Shown here: in pieces, positions 29,144 through 39,163 of the stretch | Position numbering within the stretch: position 1 is the first letter of the stretch | How the letters are laid out: every line of letters starts with the position of its first letter | NCBI GenBank assembly: GCA_963667665.2 | Contig: OY763927.2 | Location: 1,376,001 to 1,440,000 of the forward strand | Reading direction: 5' to 3' | DNA: 64,000 nt | Source of the DNA: Nitrosopumilus sp. | Lineage (GTDB): Archaea; Thermoproteota; Nitrososphaeria; Nitrososphaerales; Nitrosopumilaceae | The notes under the pieces: generated by a model | The model's input: only the letters and a program-made list of their open reading frames with translations | What the model was told of the DNA's origin: nothing | Databases searched by the model: none | Program-made: the position numbers and the translations under genes

Positions 29144-29563
29144 CTATTCACCAATTATTTTAACTAAAACTCTTTTTGGTCTTTTTCCATCAAATTCTCC
29201 ATAGAAAATTTGTTCCCATGGACCAAAATCTAATTCACCATTAGTAATAGCAACTACCACTTCTCGTCCCATTACTTGTCGTTTTAGATGAGCATCTGCA
29301 TTATCCTCACCAGTTTTGTTGTGATCATACTGATCAATTGGTTCGTGTGGTGCCAAATTTTCTAACCATTTTTCATAATCCTTATGCAAACCACTTTCAT
29401 TGTCATTAATGAAAACACTAGCAGTGATGTGCATTGCATTTACAAGACAAAGCCCTTCTTGGATTTTACTTTTTGTAACTAGTTTTCTGACATTGGGAGT
29501 AATATTGACAAAAGCTCTTCGTGTTTTAACATGAAATGTAAGATGTTCAGTAAGAGATTTCAT
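29144..29563 (-). CDS. yjbQ: YjbQ/UPF0047 family protein (secondary thiamine-phosphate synthase)
   Basis: [31 protein letters not shown]. Confidence 0.9.
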   Translation of the reverse strand: MKSLTEHLTFHVKTRRAFVNITPNVRKLVTKSKIQEGLCLVNAMHITASVFINDNESGLHKDYEKWLENLAPHEPIDQYDHNKTGEDNADAHLKRQVMGREVVVAITNGELDFGPWEQIFYGEFDGKRPKRVLVKIIGE

Positions 29564-29597
29564 GTTTGCTCAAAGTAAATCATCCATTAAAATCCTA

Positions 29598-29657
29598 AGG
29601 CAGGCTCAGAACTCAAGATCCTCATCATCATTCAAAGGGATAGGTACATCACTGCCC
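29598..29657 (-). ncRNA. Archaeal C/D-box methylation-guide sRNA
   Basis: GGGCA-GUGAUGU(C)-ACCUAUCCCU-UUGA(D')-AUG-AUGAUGA(C')-GGAUCUUGAGUU-CUGA(D)-GCCUGCCU, with terminal stem GGCAG/CUGCC. Confidence 0.75.
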
Positions 29658-29735
29658 GCAAGTCATATTTCAAGCAGATTCCTTTTGAGTCTTTCAATAA
29701 GCTTGATAAATGGCTTAATAGATCATTCATTCAAA

Positions 29736-30152
29736 ATGGTTACAATTGATACTCCAGCTTCAGTGGAAAGTTTTCGAAGATTTATCTTTTTGAGCACATG
29801 CAAATCTTATGCACCAAGAAGTTATTTTGAAGATTTTGAGGTATTTCCAGAAAGAGAAGATAATTTGGGATCAGTTTACGTAGAAGCAGCTGATAAAGTA
29901 ACTTTGAAAAAAATTAGAGATATTACATTTGTAAATGCAATAGATATTCTTGGAATAATTTATAATTCAAAAAGTGGAAATACATCTCTAAAATGGCGCC
30001 AGATTAAAAGAAATAATGGCAAAGTATCAGGTGAAGCTTCTGCAAACTCTTTAACAAATCTATCAGAATCAGGTGTTCTCACTTTAGATTGGGTTGAAAA
30101 CTATCTAAAGAAAAAATCTGAAGAAGCAAAGACTAACGAAGTTACAAGCTAA
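29736..30152 (+). CDS. Hypothetical protein (start taken at ATG 29736)
   Basis: MVTIDTPASVESFRRF...; the upstream in-frame extension is antisense to the sRNA and overlaps the yjbQ start. Confidence 0.7.
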   Translation: MVTIDTPASVESFRRFIFLSTCKSYAPRSYFEDFEVFPEREDNLGSVYVEAADKVTLKKIRDITFVNAIDILGIIYNSKSGNTSLKWRQIKRNNGKVSGEASANSLTNLSESGVLTLDWVENYLKKKSEEAKTNEVTS

Positions 30153-30184
30153 ACTCTTTTCTTTTTGTATATTAGAACAATATC

Positions 30185-31234
30185 ATGATTACAAAGATTA
30201 TTGATGAGAATTCAATTTCTGTCAAGCCAGAAGATTCTGATGATCTTTTGAATTTACGTCGTATAATTAAAGAAGATGATAAAGTAATTGGAGATACAAC
30301 TAGAGTTTTAAAACAAGATAAGGATTATTCAAGACCTGACAAAGGAGAAAGAATCAAGGTTAGAATTTCATTATTAGTAGAAAAAATTTCACTGGATGAT
30401 GTTTTAGATAAATTAAGAATTGGTGGAACAATTTCTGAATCAAGTAATGAATCAGTACCACATGGATCACATCATTCATTTATTTTAAAAATAAATGATG
30501 GAATAACAATTTCAAAGAAAAAATGGTTACCAATTGAAAAGAATCTTCTCGAATCAAATAATAATCAAATAGGTTTTGTACTTGTTGCAATTGATACTGG
30601 TGATTGTGGGATTGCAAAACTAAGAGGAACACACTTGGAGTTTATTCCAAATATCTATTCTGGTTCTAGCGGAAAGAGATACAAAACTAATTTCAATATT
30701 GAGAAATTCTTTGAACAAGTACAATTAGCAGTATCAACTGTTCTCAAAGAAGGAGATTCGATAGTAATTTTTGGACCTGGTGAAACAAAAAAAAGATTTT
30801 CTAATTTTATTCAGAAACCGCAAAATACACAAAAAAATAAAATTCAAGTTGTAGATGGAATTGATTCTGGTGGAGAAGATGGAATTTTCATATTTACAAA
30901 ATCTCAATCAATGAAGGAAATAATGTCAGATAGTAAGCTAGCAAAAGCATCATCAATTATTGATGAAGTAATGCTTCTTGCAAATAAAAAGAGTAGAAAA
31001 TTCACTATGGGATTTGATGAAACATTTAATGCAAATCAATTAGGAGCAGTGGAATCTCTTGTATTTTCCGATAAAGCAATTCAAGATAATGAGCAAAAAA
31101 TGATAGATTTTCTAAATGATGTTGAAAGGAAAGGAGTAAAAATTTACAGTGTTGATTCATCCACAGATATTGGTCTAAGAGTTACAGGTTTAGGTGGAAT
31201 AGTTTCTTTATTACGATATGCAGTAGAATCTTAG
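30185..31234 (+). CDS. pelA: mRNA surveillance protein Pelota
   Basis: PEDSDDL, GSHHS, GPGETK, GLGGIVSLLRY; eRF1-like architecture. Confidence 0.9.
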   Translation: MITKIIDENSISVKPEDSDDLLNLRRIIKEDDKVIGDTTRVLKQDKDYSRPDKGERIKVRISLLVEKISLDDVLDKLRIGGTISESSNESVPHGSHHSFILKINDGITISKKKWLPIEKNLLESNNNQIGFVLVAIDTGDCGIAKLRGTHLEFIPNIYSGSSGKRYKTNFNIEKFFEQVQLAVSTVLKEGDSIVIFGPGETKKRFSNFIQKPQNTQKNKIQVVDGIDSGGEDGIFIFTKSQSMKEIMSDSKLAKASSIIDEVMLLANKKSRKFTMGFDETFNANQLGAVESLVFSDKAIQDNEQKMIDFLNDVERKGVKIYSVDSSTDIGLRVTGLGGIVSLLRYAVES

Positions 31235-31542
31235 TTTGTAGATTCTATTAGCCAATTTAGATAGGATTTGTTAATAGATGTAACATCAATTTCTGCGATT
31301 TCAGGAACATCATATGGATGAGTTTCTTTAATTTTCTTTTTTAGTAGTTTTTTGTTTTTTGTTGTAGTTTTGAATATAGCAAGATATTCAGATGTATTTT
31401 CCACTTTTTTATTCCAAGAGTAAATTGAAGAAATTTTTGAAATATTGACACATGCAACTATCTTATTTTTTACAAACTCATTTGCAATTTTTGTAATTGA
31501 TTTTTTGTTAGGATAAGTTGAGATAATTATCACTGGTTTCAT
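31231..31542 (-). CDS. cutA: Divalent-cation tolerance protein CutA
   Basis: VACVN, SIYSW, HPYDVPEI. Confidence 0.92.
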   Translation of the reverse strand: MKPVIIISTYPNKKSITKIANEFVKNKIVACVNISKISSIYSWNKKVENTSEYLAIFKTTTKNKKLLKKKIKETHPYDVPEIAEIDVTSINKSYLNWLIESTN

Positions 31543-31585
31543 AGTAACCGATAAATGTACGTACTTTAAAAAATTAACAATTAAT

Positions 31586-32806
31586 TTGGAACTTGATTTT
31601 ATTACTCAGAATGCGATAATCTATGTGTTAATTGCTTGGGTTATCATTTTTGTAACTGCAAAAGGTCTAAAATTACAAAAATATGGTGTTGAGATAAAGG
31701 TATACAGCCTTGTATACAAGAATAAAGGAGTTAATTCAGTTCTCATTAAAATTCTAAGTAGAACAAGGAGAGGAATCAGAGTTTTTGCTGATGTAAGTGT
31801 AATTGCTGGTTTTCTAATGATGGGTTATGCATTTTACTTTTTGCTAAATAATATATTAAACTTTTTTGTTGCACAAGATGAATTTTCAGAATTAACAGTA
31901 CTTATTCCAGGAGTAACATTAACTTCTGCACCAGCTATTGCATTCTTTTTACTATCAATACCAATTGTACTAATTATGCATGAAGGAGCACATGGTATAG
32001 TAGCTGCACTAGAAAAGATAAAGATCAAAACAGGAGGCTTTGCAATATTCATTGCATTGTTTGCAGGATTTGTAGAACCAGATGAGGAAGAATTCAACAA
32101 GGCAAAAAAGATTTCAAAATTAAGAGTGATTGGAGCAGGTGCTACATCAAATGTAATGTTTGCAATTGTTTTAGGTGCTATTATGTTAACAAATCCAATT
32201 TTTGGAATGGTTTTAGATAGCATTCCACTATTTGGGGAAGTCATCTTAAACGTATTTTATGAATTATCACAAGGAGTTTTGGTACTGTCAATCATAGAAA
32301 ATTCAGGAGCTGAACAAGCAGGAATGCAAGTAAATGATATCATTACTTCAATTAATGAAATACCGATCCATGGTCCGGCTGATTTTCCCATCTTAAATCC
32401 AGGAGAAACAGCTAGTGTTACTGTACTTAGAGATAGTCAGACATTAGAATTTGGTGTGGAGATTATGCCTTCACCTGAAGATCCTAAAAGAGGGTTGATA
32501 GGCATTATGAGAGATAATTCAATTCCATACAAACCAGTAATGAATTTCATTGACTGGACAAATGTTGATTTCAATGTTTCAATGTTCTTGTTATGGCTTT
32601 GGATGATTTCATTTTTCATAGGAATAATCAATATGCTTCCTTTACCAATATTAGATGGAGGAAAATTTATCCATACAATTATTGATAAAAGAATTTCAGA
32701 CAATGCAGTAAATGGGGTTATGTGGGGAATTTACGCATTCACCTTTGTTGTGTTTGGTCTAAACATAGCTTTGTCTTACATGAAATCTGGATGGTTTACA
32801 ATATAG
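31586..32806 (+). CDS. Site-2 protease (M50) with PDZ-like insert
   Basis: HEGAH, NMLPLPILDGG. Confidence 0.92.
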   Translation: MELDFITQNAIIYVLIAWVIIFVTAKGLKLQKYGVEIKVYSLVYKNKGVNSVLIKILSRTRRGIRVFADVSVIAGFLMMGYAFYFLLNNILNFFVAQDEFSELTVLIPGVTLTSAPAIAFFLLSIPIVLIMHEGAHGIVAALEKIKIKTGGFAIFIALFAGFVEPDEEEFNKAKKISKLRVIGAGATSNVMFAIVLGAIMLTNPIFGMVLDSIPLFGEVILNVFYELSQGVLVLSIIENSGAEQAGMQVNDIITSINEIPIHGPADFPILNPGETASVTVLRDSQTLEFGVEIMPSPEDPKRGLIGIMRDNSIPYKPVMNFIDWTNVDFNVSMFLLWLWMISFFIGIINMLPLPILDGGKFIHTIIDKRISDNAVNGVMWGIYAFTFVVFGLNIALSYMKSGWFTI

Positions 32807-32849
32807 AGAATACCTAAAGAATCATTAATGAAAAAAAATACTTGAATTT

Positions 32850-33764
32850 ATGATATGCGATAGATGCAAAAATCAGGCAGTCTATACTAGGAAATATTCA
32901 GGCCAAAAACTATGCTCAAAATGCTTCTCAAATTCTATTGTTAGAAAAACTGCTAAAACTATTTCAAAATATAATATGATTAAAAACGATGAATTAGTGG
33001 CTGTTGCAGTATCTGGTGGAAAAGATTCCCTAGCATTATTAAAAATCATTCACGAAATGTCATTAACCCATAATTTTAGAATTAAGGCAATTACAATTGA
33101 TGAGGGGATTCCAGGGTATAGAGATGAGGCACTAGAAATCGTTGAAAAATTTTGCAGCAAATTAAATGTAGAACACAAAGTTTACTCTTACAAAGATCTG
33201 TTTGAGTTGACACTTGATGAAGCATTAGAGTTAAGAGAAAGCAAAAAAACTTCTTCATGTTCAATTTGTGGTACACTACGAAGACGTGCAATGGATTTTG
33301 CAGCAAAAGATATTGGTGCAAATGTAATTGCAACAGGTCATAATCTAGATGATACATTACAAACATTTGTCATAAACATGCTTGCAGGTGATACAACTAA
33401 GATTGGATGGATGGATCCTGATACATCTTCAAATTCGTTAAGAAAAATAAAACCATTTTGTGAGATATACGAATCTGAAATAGTTTTTTATGCATTTACA
33501 AACGATATACCATTTCAATCAGAACCTTGTCCACACATGAGTGAAGGAATAAGAACAGAAATTCGTGAATTTCTAAATTCGTTGGAAAGTCAACATAGTG
33601 GAATTAAAAATAATTTGTATCAATCGGTTCTTAAAGTATCTCAAATTGTTAAGAATTCTAATTACAAAGAAAAAACAATTTGCAAAAAATGTGGTAATGA
33701 ATGTACAGGAAGTGTATGCTCAGTTTGTACCTTGGTTTTAAAACTAAAATCTAAGCAAACCTAA
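32850..33764 (+). CDS. tRNA 2-thiolation protein (TtuA/NcsA, TIGR00269 family)
   Basis: SGGKDS PP-loop, CSICG..RR, TGHNLDD, terminal zinc fingers. Confidence 0.88.
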   Translation: MICDRCKNQAVYTRKYSGQKLCSKCFSNSIVRKTAKTISKYNMIKNDELVAVAVSGGKDSLALLKIIHEMSLTHNFRIKAITIDEGIPGYRDEALEIVEKFCSKLNVEHKVYSYKDLFELTLDEALELRESKKTSSCSICGTLRRRAMDFAAKDIGANVIATGHNLDDTLQTFVINMLAGDTTKIGWMDPDTSSNSLRKIKPFCEIYESEIVFYAFTNDIPFQSEPCPHMSEGIRTEIREFLNSLESQHSGIKNNLYQSVLKVSQIVKNSNYKEKTICKKCGNECTGSVCSVCTLVLKLKSKQT

Positions 33765-33796
33765 TGCAAATATAACATACTTTCTTTAGGAAAAAT

Positions 33797-34112
33797 GGTA
33801 GTAGGTAGGATCAGGGTGCCAGCCGTACCCTATTCTGAAACCGGCTATATGCAGAGATCAGCAACTGTTGGGTAAATCTCTAGATGGATAATTCCCGCTT
33901 GGTGTGCGGAAATGAAATCACGCCGAGGCGGATGGTTGCAGGACTAGAATTATCCGAAGGGATAACTTCTAAGACCGAACCATTGAAAGGGATGAGGTCC
34001 GGGAGGGAACAATCCTAAGGTGGGACATCCATGCTTCCTCGTCAACGTGGCGGATCTTGTATGCCTTGAAATGGGGCTATTCGTCTAGACTGGAGCCAAC
34101 AGATCTACTACC
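33797..34112 (+). ncRNA. ffs: Archaeal signal recognition particle RNA (7S)
   Basis: GC-richer 316-nt intergenic segment with paired ends GGTAGTAGGT/ATCTACTACC, helix-6 hairpin TTATCC-GAAG-GGATAA and helix-8 motif AGGTCCGGGAGGGAACAA. Confidence 0.85.
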
Positions 34113-34141
34113 TTTATAATTAAAATAAGATTTGTAAAATT

Positions 34142-34474
34142 ATGGAAGGAATAATTTCATTTGGAAATAAAAGGAATTATGATGATTTTAAGAAACAAAT
34201 TCCAAGTTCTGTATTGCCTCTTTTTGATTCAATTAGAGAATTTTGCTTCTCATTAGGGAAAAATGTAGTAGAAGATGTTAGAATGCATAGAGTAGTTTTT
34301 TGTAAATCAATGACATTTAGATGGTTTGTAGATGTAGAACCTCAAAGTGAAGGGGTAATCATCAAAATTCAGAAAAACCGAAAAGAACCTATACAAACAA
34401 TTCAGATCAAAAAAGAGCAACAAATTTCAGAATTTAGTCAAATACTCAAAGTTGCATTTGAAGAGATTCATTAA
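34142..34474 (+). CDS. Hypothetical protein (possibly DUF5655-like)
   Basis: Intact ORF between SRP RNA and acylphosphatase; family call is weak. Confidence 0.6.
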   Translation: MEGIISFGNKRNYDDFKKQIPSSVLPLFDSIREFCFSLGKNVVEDVRMHRVVFCKSMTFRWFVDVEPQSEGVIIKIQKNRKEPIQTIQIKKEQQISEFSQILKVAFEEIH

Positions 34475-34749
34475 TACACAACATCAAATTTTAAAAATTC
34501 GCTAGAAAATTTCTCATTACGTATTTCTACATCTTTAACTCTTGCATTAGCTGGTCCTCCATGAGCCCATTCAACTAATCTACTAACTTTTTCTTCATCT
34601 CCTTCTAAAATAGCTTCAACACGACCATCTTTGAGATTTTTTACCCAACCAAAAACATTATTTTTTTTTGCCATCACTTTTAATGCCTGACGAAAAAATA
34701 CACCTTGCACTTTACCTGTAACAATAATTCTAATTCGTTGATTTGACAT
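34471..34749 (-). CDS. acyP: Acylphosphatase
   Basis: GKVQGVFFR, GWVKNLKDGRVE. Confidence 0.93.
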   Translation of the reverse strand: MSNQRIRIIVTGKVQGVFFRQALKVMAKKNNVFGWVKNLKDGRVEAILEGDEEKVSRLVEWAHGGPANARVKDVEIRNEKFSSEFLKFDVVY

Positions 34750-34801
34750 TCAAATTTTATTATAGCAAAAGCTATTAATCAATTTTAGGTTAAAAGAAAA
34801 A

Positions 34802-35536
34802 TTATCTTCTTTCTTTAATTCTAGCTCTACCAGTCTTTCTAGCAGCAATACTGCCTACCTTTGCACCAGGAGGTGCATTTCTTGAAACAGTTGAGCTTTG
34901 TCCAACGTGTTGATGACGACCACCACCATGAGGGTGGACATATGCTGCTTGAGCAACACCTCTAACAATTGGGAATTTCTTTCCTTTTGCTTTGAAACTT
35001 CTCCATTTATTGCCTGCACTCATCATTGGTCTATCACCAGCTCCACCTCCAGCAAGAGTACCAATCATGGCTCTGTTTTTTGGATTAAGAGTGGTAAATT
35101 TTCCAGAAGGAAGTTTAACTGTAACACCATCATCACCATGAGAGAAAATAGTTGCATCAGTGCCTGCGGATTTTACTATGGCACCACCGTCTCCAAAGTG
35201 CCTTTCAATGTTACATACTATTGTTCCATCAGGAATATTTTGAACACTAATTACATTTCCTTGTTCGATTTTTGATTTTAATCCAAATTGTAAAGTTGTA
35301 CCTACTTTAGTTCCTAGTATTGCAGGAATAAATGAAACAGAGCCGTCCTCAAATCTGACTTTAGCTAAAGGTGCCTCTCTACCACGTTCATGAACCAGAT
35401 CAATAATTTCACCGTCATGTTGTTCTGATAGTGCAAAACGAGGATAATTTGCCTTGGAACCTACTTTTCCAGTAGATGTAGATCTAAACTGAAATCCTCC
35501 ACGGCCACGTCTTCTTACTAATGGTCTTTTACCCAA
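34802..35536 (-). CDS. rpl2: 50S ribosomal protein L2 (TTG start)
   Basis: RRRGRGG, VRGVA..HPHGGG, APPGAKVG. Confidence 0.95.
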   Translation of the reverse strand: MGKRPLVRRRGRGGFQFRSTSTGKVGSKANYPRFALSEQHDGEIIDLVHERGREAPLAKVRFEDGSVSFIPAILGTKVGTTLQFGLKSKIEQGNVISVQNIPDGTIVCNIERHFGDGGAIVKSAGTDATIFSHGDDGVTVKLPSGKFTTLNPKNRAMIGTLAGGGAGDRPMMSAGNKWRSFKAKGKKFPIVRGVAQAAYVHPHGGGRHQHVGQSSTVSRNAPPGAKVGSIAARKTGRARIKERR

Positions 35537-35641
35537 GTTGATCGTTTCCTATGCGCAGATGATTTTAAGCTTGTGATTTTTTCAGTGTTATTTAAGAAAA
35601 TTACCACAAAGGTATAAGAATTAGACAAGTTGTTTTTCTGT

Positions 35642-37828
35642 ATGAGTCAAAATGCTCTTACACTCAAAGTCCTTGAAGCATACACAAGAGATGTTGGAAG
35701 AGGAGTAGCAAGAATTGATTATGATTCTATGGATACACTAAATGCATCTACTGGTGATGTCATAGAAATTAAAGGTAAAAGAAGAACAGTTGCAAAATGT
35801 CTTCCATTATATCCATCTGATGAAGGAAAAGGAATTATTAGAATTGACGGACTTGGTAGAAATAATTCAGGAATTGCAATTGGAGATTCAATTTCAGTTA
35901 GAAAAATAAAGGCAGTAGCTGCAGAAAAAGTAGTAGTAGCACCATTAGAAGCAATTCCTCCAATTGATGAAAGATATCTTGCAGATGCCTTAGAAAGTGT
36001 GCCTTTGATTAAAGGAGATAATGTAATGGTTCCATATTTTGGTGGACGTTTAACTTTTCAAGTAATAGGAGTAACACCAGCAGCTGATGCAGTTTTAGTT
36101 ACACAAAAAACTGTTTTCCACATTGCAGAAAAAGGAGAGACTTTACGTGGAGTTCCACAAGTCACATATGAAGACATTGGTGGTTTAACAGATGAGATTA
36201 AAAAAGTTAGAGAAATGATTGAACTTCCACTAAGACACCCAGAAATTTTTGAAAAATTAGGAATTGAAGCACCAAAAGGTGTTTTATTGTATGGTCCTCC
36301 TGGAACAGGAAAGACTTTACTTGCAAAAGCAGTTGCAAATGAAAGTAATGCACACTTTATCAGCATTTCAGGTCCAGAAATTATGAGTAAGTTTTATGGA
36401 GAAAGTGAAGCAAGACTAAGAGAAATTTTCAAAGAAGCAAGAGAAAAATCTCCATCAATTATCTTTATTGATGAAATTGACTCCATTGCACCAAAAAGAG
36501 AAGAAGTTACAGGTGAAGTTGAAAGAAGAGTTGTTTCTCAAATGTTATCATTAATGGATGGATTAGAGGCAAGAGGTAAAGTAATTGTCATTTCTGCAAC
36601 AAATAGACCAAATGCAATTGATCCTGCACTTAGGAGACCAGGTAGATTTGATAGAGAAATCGAGATTAGAGTTCCAGACAAAAAAGGAAGAAAAGACATA
36701 CTTGCAATTCACAGTAGAAATATGCCATTAACAGATGATGTCAATATAAATAAACTCGCAGCAGTAAGCCACGGATATGTTGGCGCAGATTTAGAATATC
36801 TCTGTAAAGAAGCTGCAATGAAATGTTTGAGAAGATTACTACCTATTCTTGATTTACAAGAAGAGAAACTCCCTCCAGAAACATTAGATAAACTAGTTGT
36901 TAATGGAGATGACTTTTCAAAAGCATTGATTGAAGTAATTCCATCTGGAATGAGAGAAGTTTTCATTGAGAATCCAGATGTAAAGTGGACAGACGTTGGA
37001 GGTTTAGATGATGTTAAACGGGAGCTACAAGAAGCTGTTGAATGGCCAATGAAATATCCAGGTCTTTATGATAAATTAGGACATAAAATGCCAAGAGGTA
37101 TATTACTTCATGGTCCAAGCGGTACAGGAAAAACTTTACTTGCAAAAGCAGTTGCTACAGAAAGTGAAGCAAATTTTGTTTCAGTAAGAGGTCCTGAACT
37201 TTTATCAAAATGGGTAGGCGAATCTGAAAGAGGTATTAGAGAAATTTTCAAAAGAGCACGACAATCTGCTCCATGTGTGATATTCTTTGATGAAATTGAT
37301 TCAATAGCACCAATCCGAGGAGCAGGAGGAGAAACTGCAGTAAGTGAAAGAGTTGTTAGTCAATTACTTACAGAATTAGATGGAATGGAAAATATGCACG
37401 GTGTGATAGTTTTAGCTGCAACAAACAGAGCAGACATGATTGATCCTGCATTGTTAAGACCAGGTAGATTTGATAAAATTATTCAAATTCCACTTCCGGA
37501 TAAAGAAAGCAGAAAAAGTATCTTGAAAATTACTGCTGAAGAAATACCAGTAATTTCTGAGGCAAGTGATACCGGACGCGTTGATTTTGATAAACTTTCT
37601 GAAATGACAGATGGACTTAGTGGCGCAGACGTAGCAGCCGTTGCAAATGTTGCAGTTTCTTTAGTTATTCATGAATTCTTAGACAAGAATCCAGATATCA
37701 AAGATGTTGAGAAAACAAGTATTGATGCCAAAGTAACTATGGAACACTTTGAAAAATCAGTCAAGAAAGTCAGAGAACAAAAAGACCTAAAGTTGGGCGA
37801 AAAACTAGTAGCTTCCTATTACAGGTAG
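35642..37828 (+). CDS. cdc48: CDC48/VCP family AAA ATPase
   Basis: N-domain [11 protein letters not shown]; two AAA modules ([16 protein letters not shown]; RPGRFD). Confidence 0.96.
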   Translation: MSQNALTLKVLEAYTRDVGRGVARIDYDSMDTLNASTGDVIEIKGKRRTVAKCLPLYPSDEGKGIIRIDGLGRNNSGIAIGDSISVRKIKAVAAEKVVVAPLEAIPPIDERYLADALESVPLIKGDNVMVPYFGGRLTFQVIGVTPAADAVLVTQKTVFHIAEKGETLRGVPQVTYEDIGGLTDEIKKVREMIELPLRHPEIFEKLGIEAPKGVLLYGPPGTGKTLLAKAVANESNAHFISISGPEIMSKFYGESEARLREIFKEAREKSPSIIFIDEIDSIAPKREEVTGEVERRVVSQMLSLMDGLEARGKVIVISATNRPNAIDPALRRPGRFDREIEIRVPDKKGRKDILAIHSRNMPLTDDVNINKLAAVSHGYVGADLEYLCKEAAMKCLRRLLPILDLQEEKLPPETLDKLVVNGDDFSKALIEVIPSGMREVFIENPDVKWTDVGGLDDVKRELQEAVEWPMKYPGLYDKLGHKMPRGILLHGPSGTGKTLLAKAVATESEANFVSVRGPELLSKWVGESERGIREIFKRARQSAPCVIFFDEIDSIAPIRGAGGETAVSERVVSQLLTELDGMENMHGVIVLAATNRADMIDPALLRPGRFDKIIQIPLPDKESRKSILKITAEEIPVISEASDTGRVDFDKLSEMTDGLSGADVAAVANVAVSLVIHEFLDKNPDIKDVEKTSIDAKVTMEHFEKSVKKVREQKDLKLGEKLVASYYR

Positions 37829-37860
37829 TTTTAATAAAATAACAAATCTAATTCTCGTAA

Positions 37861-39150
37861 ATGTCAGAACATAGAGGATATGAGGGAGATTCATTAGAAT
37901 TCCTCAAGGCAAATCAGATTTCAGTTGGAGATTCTGTTAAGATATTAGCAGATATCACTTATTCAGGCATAATAATGCCTAGATATGAACACAGCGACGA
38001 TAAACATATTGTTTTGAAATTAACAAGTGGTTACAATATTGGTTTAGAAATTGAAAAAATTGAGAAAATAGAGATAATAAAATCTGCTGAAAAAATTGTT
38101 CAGCAAGATGAAAAACTAGAAAAAGTTGCAGGATTGCCAAAAATTTTGTTATTATCAACTGGAGGAACAATTGCAAGCAAAATTGACTACAGAACAGGAG
38201 CAGTTACTCCTGTATTAACAGCTGAAGAATTGAATTCATCTGTTCCAGAACTTGCTAAAATTGCAAATATAGATGCAGAAGCTCTATTATCAGAATATTC
38301 TGAAAACATAATGCCTGAACATTGGTTACAAATTGCTGAAAAGATAAATGAATATTCTAAATCAGATTATTCAGGAATTATTATTGCCCATGGTACAGAT
38401 ACTATGCATTATACATCATCCTTTCTTTCATTTGCACTTGCAGGATTTCCTATTCCAATTGTATTAGTTGGATCACAAAGATCATCAGATCGTGCATCAT
38501 CAGATGCAGCATTAAATTTGATTGGAGCAACAAAATTTATCACAGAAAGTAATACCAAAGGTGTCTATATTGTAATGCATCAAGATGAAAATGATGATAC
38601 TATAGCATGTCATATTGGAACAAGAGTAAGAAAAAATCATACAAGTAAAAGAGGAGCATTCCAAACAATTGGAAATAATCCAGCATTCATTATTTCACAG
38701 AATCAAATTCAAAAAAATATTTCTGAAGATTTTTTTAAAATTAGTGAATTTCAACCAAGAATTAAACTAGACACACGTGTTGCTTTAGTTAAATATCATC
38801 CAGGATATGATCCTAAATTATTAGATCAAATTATTGAGATGGGGTATAAAGGAATAATTTTTGAAGGAACTGGATTAGGTCATATTGGAAATACAATGTA
38901 TGAGAGTGTAAAAAAAGCAAATGAAAAAGGAATCTTTCTAGGTATGACTTCCCAATGTATTGATGGTAGAATTAGAATGACAGTGTATGAAAGTGGACGA
39001 GATTTGCTTGATTTAGGCATAATTCCATTAGAAAATATGATTCCAGAAGTAGCACTAGTTAAAGCAATGTGGGCAATGGGAAATTTTCAGAATGGAGATG
39101 AAATAAAGAAAATAATGCTTGAAAATATTTCATCGGAATTCTCAAGTTAG
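37861..39150 (+). CDS. gatD: Glutamyl-tRNA(Gln) amidotransferase subunit D
   Basis: STGGTIAS, HGTDT, GSQRSSDR; N-terminal GatD domain. Confidence 0.95.
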   Translation: MSEHRGYEGDSLEFLKANQISVGDSVKILADITYSGIIMPRYEHSDDKHIVLKLTSGYNIGLEIEKIEKIEIIKSAEKIVQQDEKLEKVAGLPKILLLSTGGTIASKIDYRTGAVTPVLTAEELNSSVPELAKIANIDAEALLSEYSENIMPEHWLQIAEKINEYSKSDYSGIIIAHGTDTMHYTSSFLSFALAGFPIPIVLVGSQRSSDRASSDAALNLIGATKFITESNTKGVYIVMHQDENDDTIACHIGTRVRKNHTSKRGAFQTIGNNPAFIISQNQIQKNISEDFFKISEFQPRIKLDTRVALVKYHPGYDPKLLDQIIEMGYKGIIFEGTGLGHIGNTMYESVKKANEKGIFLGMTSQCIDGRIRMTVYESGRDLLDLGIIPLENMIPEVALVKAMWAMGNFQNGDEIKKIMLENISSEFSS

Positions 39151-39163
39151 AGAGTGAAATAGA

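Noticed and set aside
29564-29700. TPP riboswitch upstream of yjbQ
   Set aside because: Lacks the CUGAGA...ACCUG...AUGC core arrangement; C/D-box architecture explains the sequence better
29562-29735. 58-aa N-terminal extension of ORF 29562-30152
   Set aside because: Ser-rich, overlaps the yjbQ start and is antisense to the C/D-box sRNA; ATG 29736 is the more plausible start
33797-34112. RNase P RNA
   Set aside because: No GAGGAAAGUCC or AGAA..CGGCU P4 signature seen on either strand; SRP helix-6 and helix-8 motifs are present
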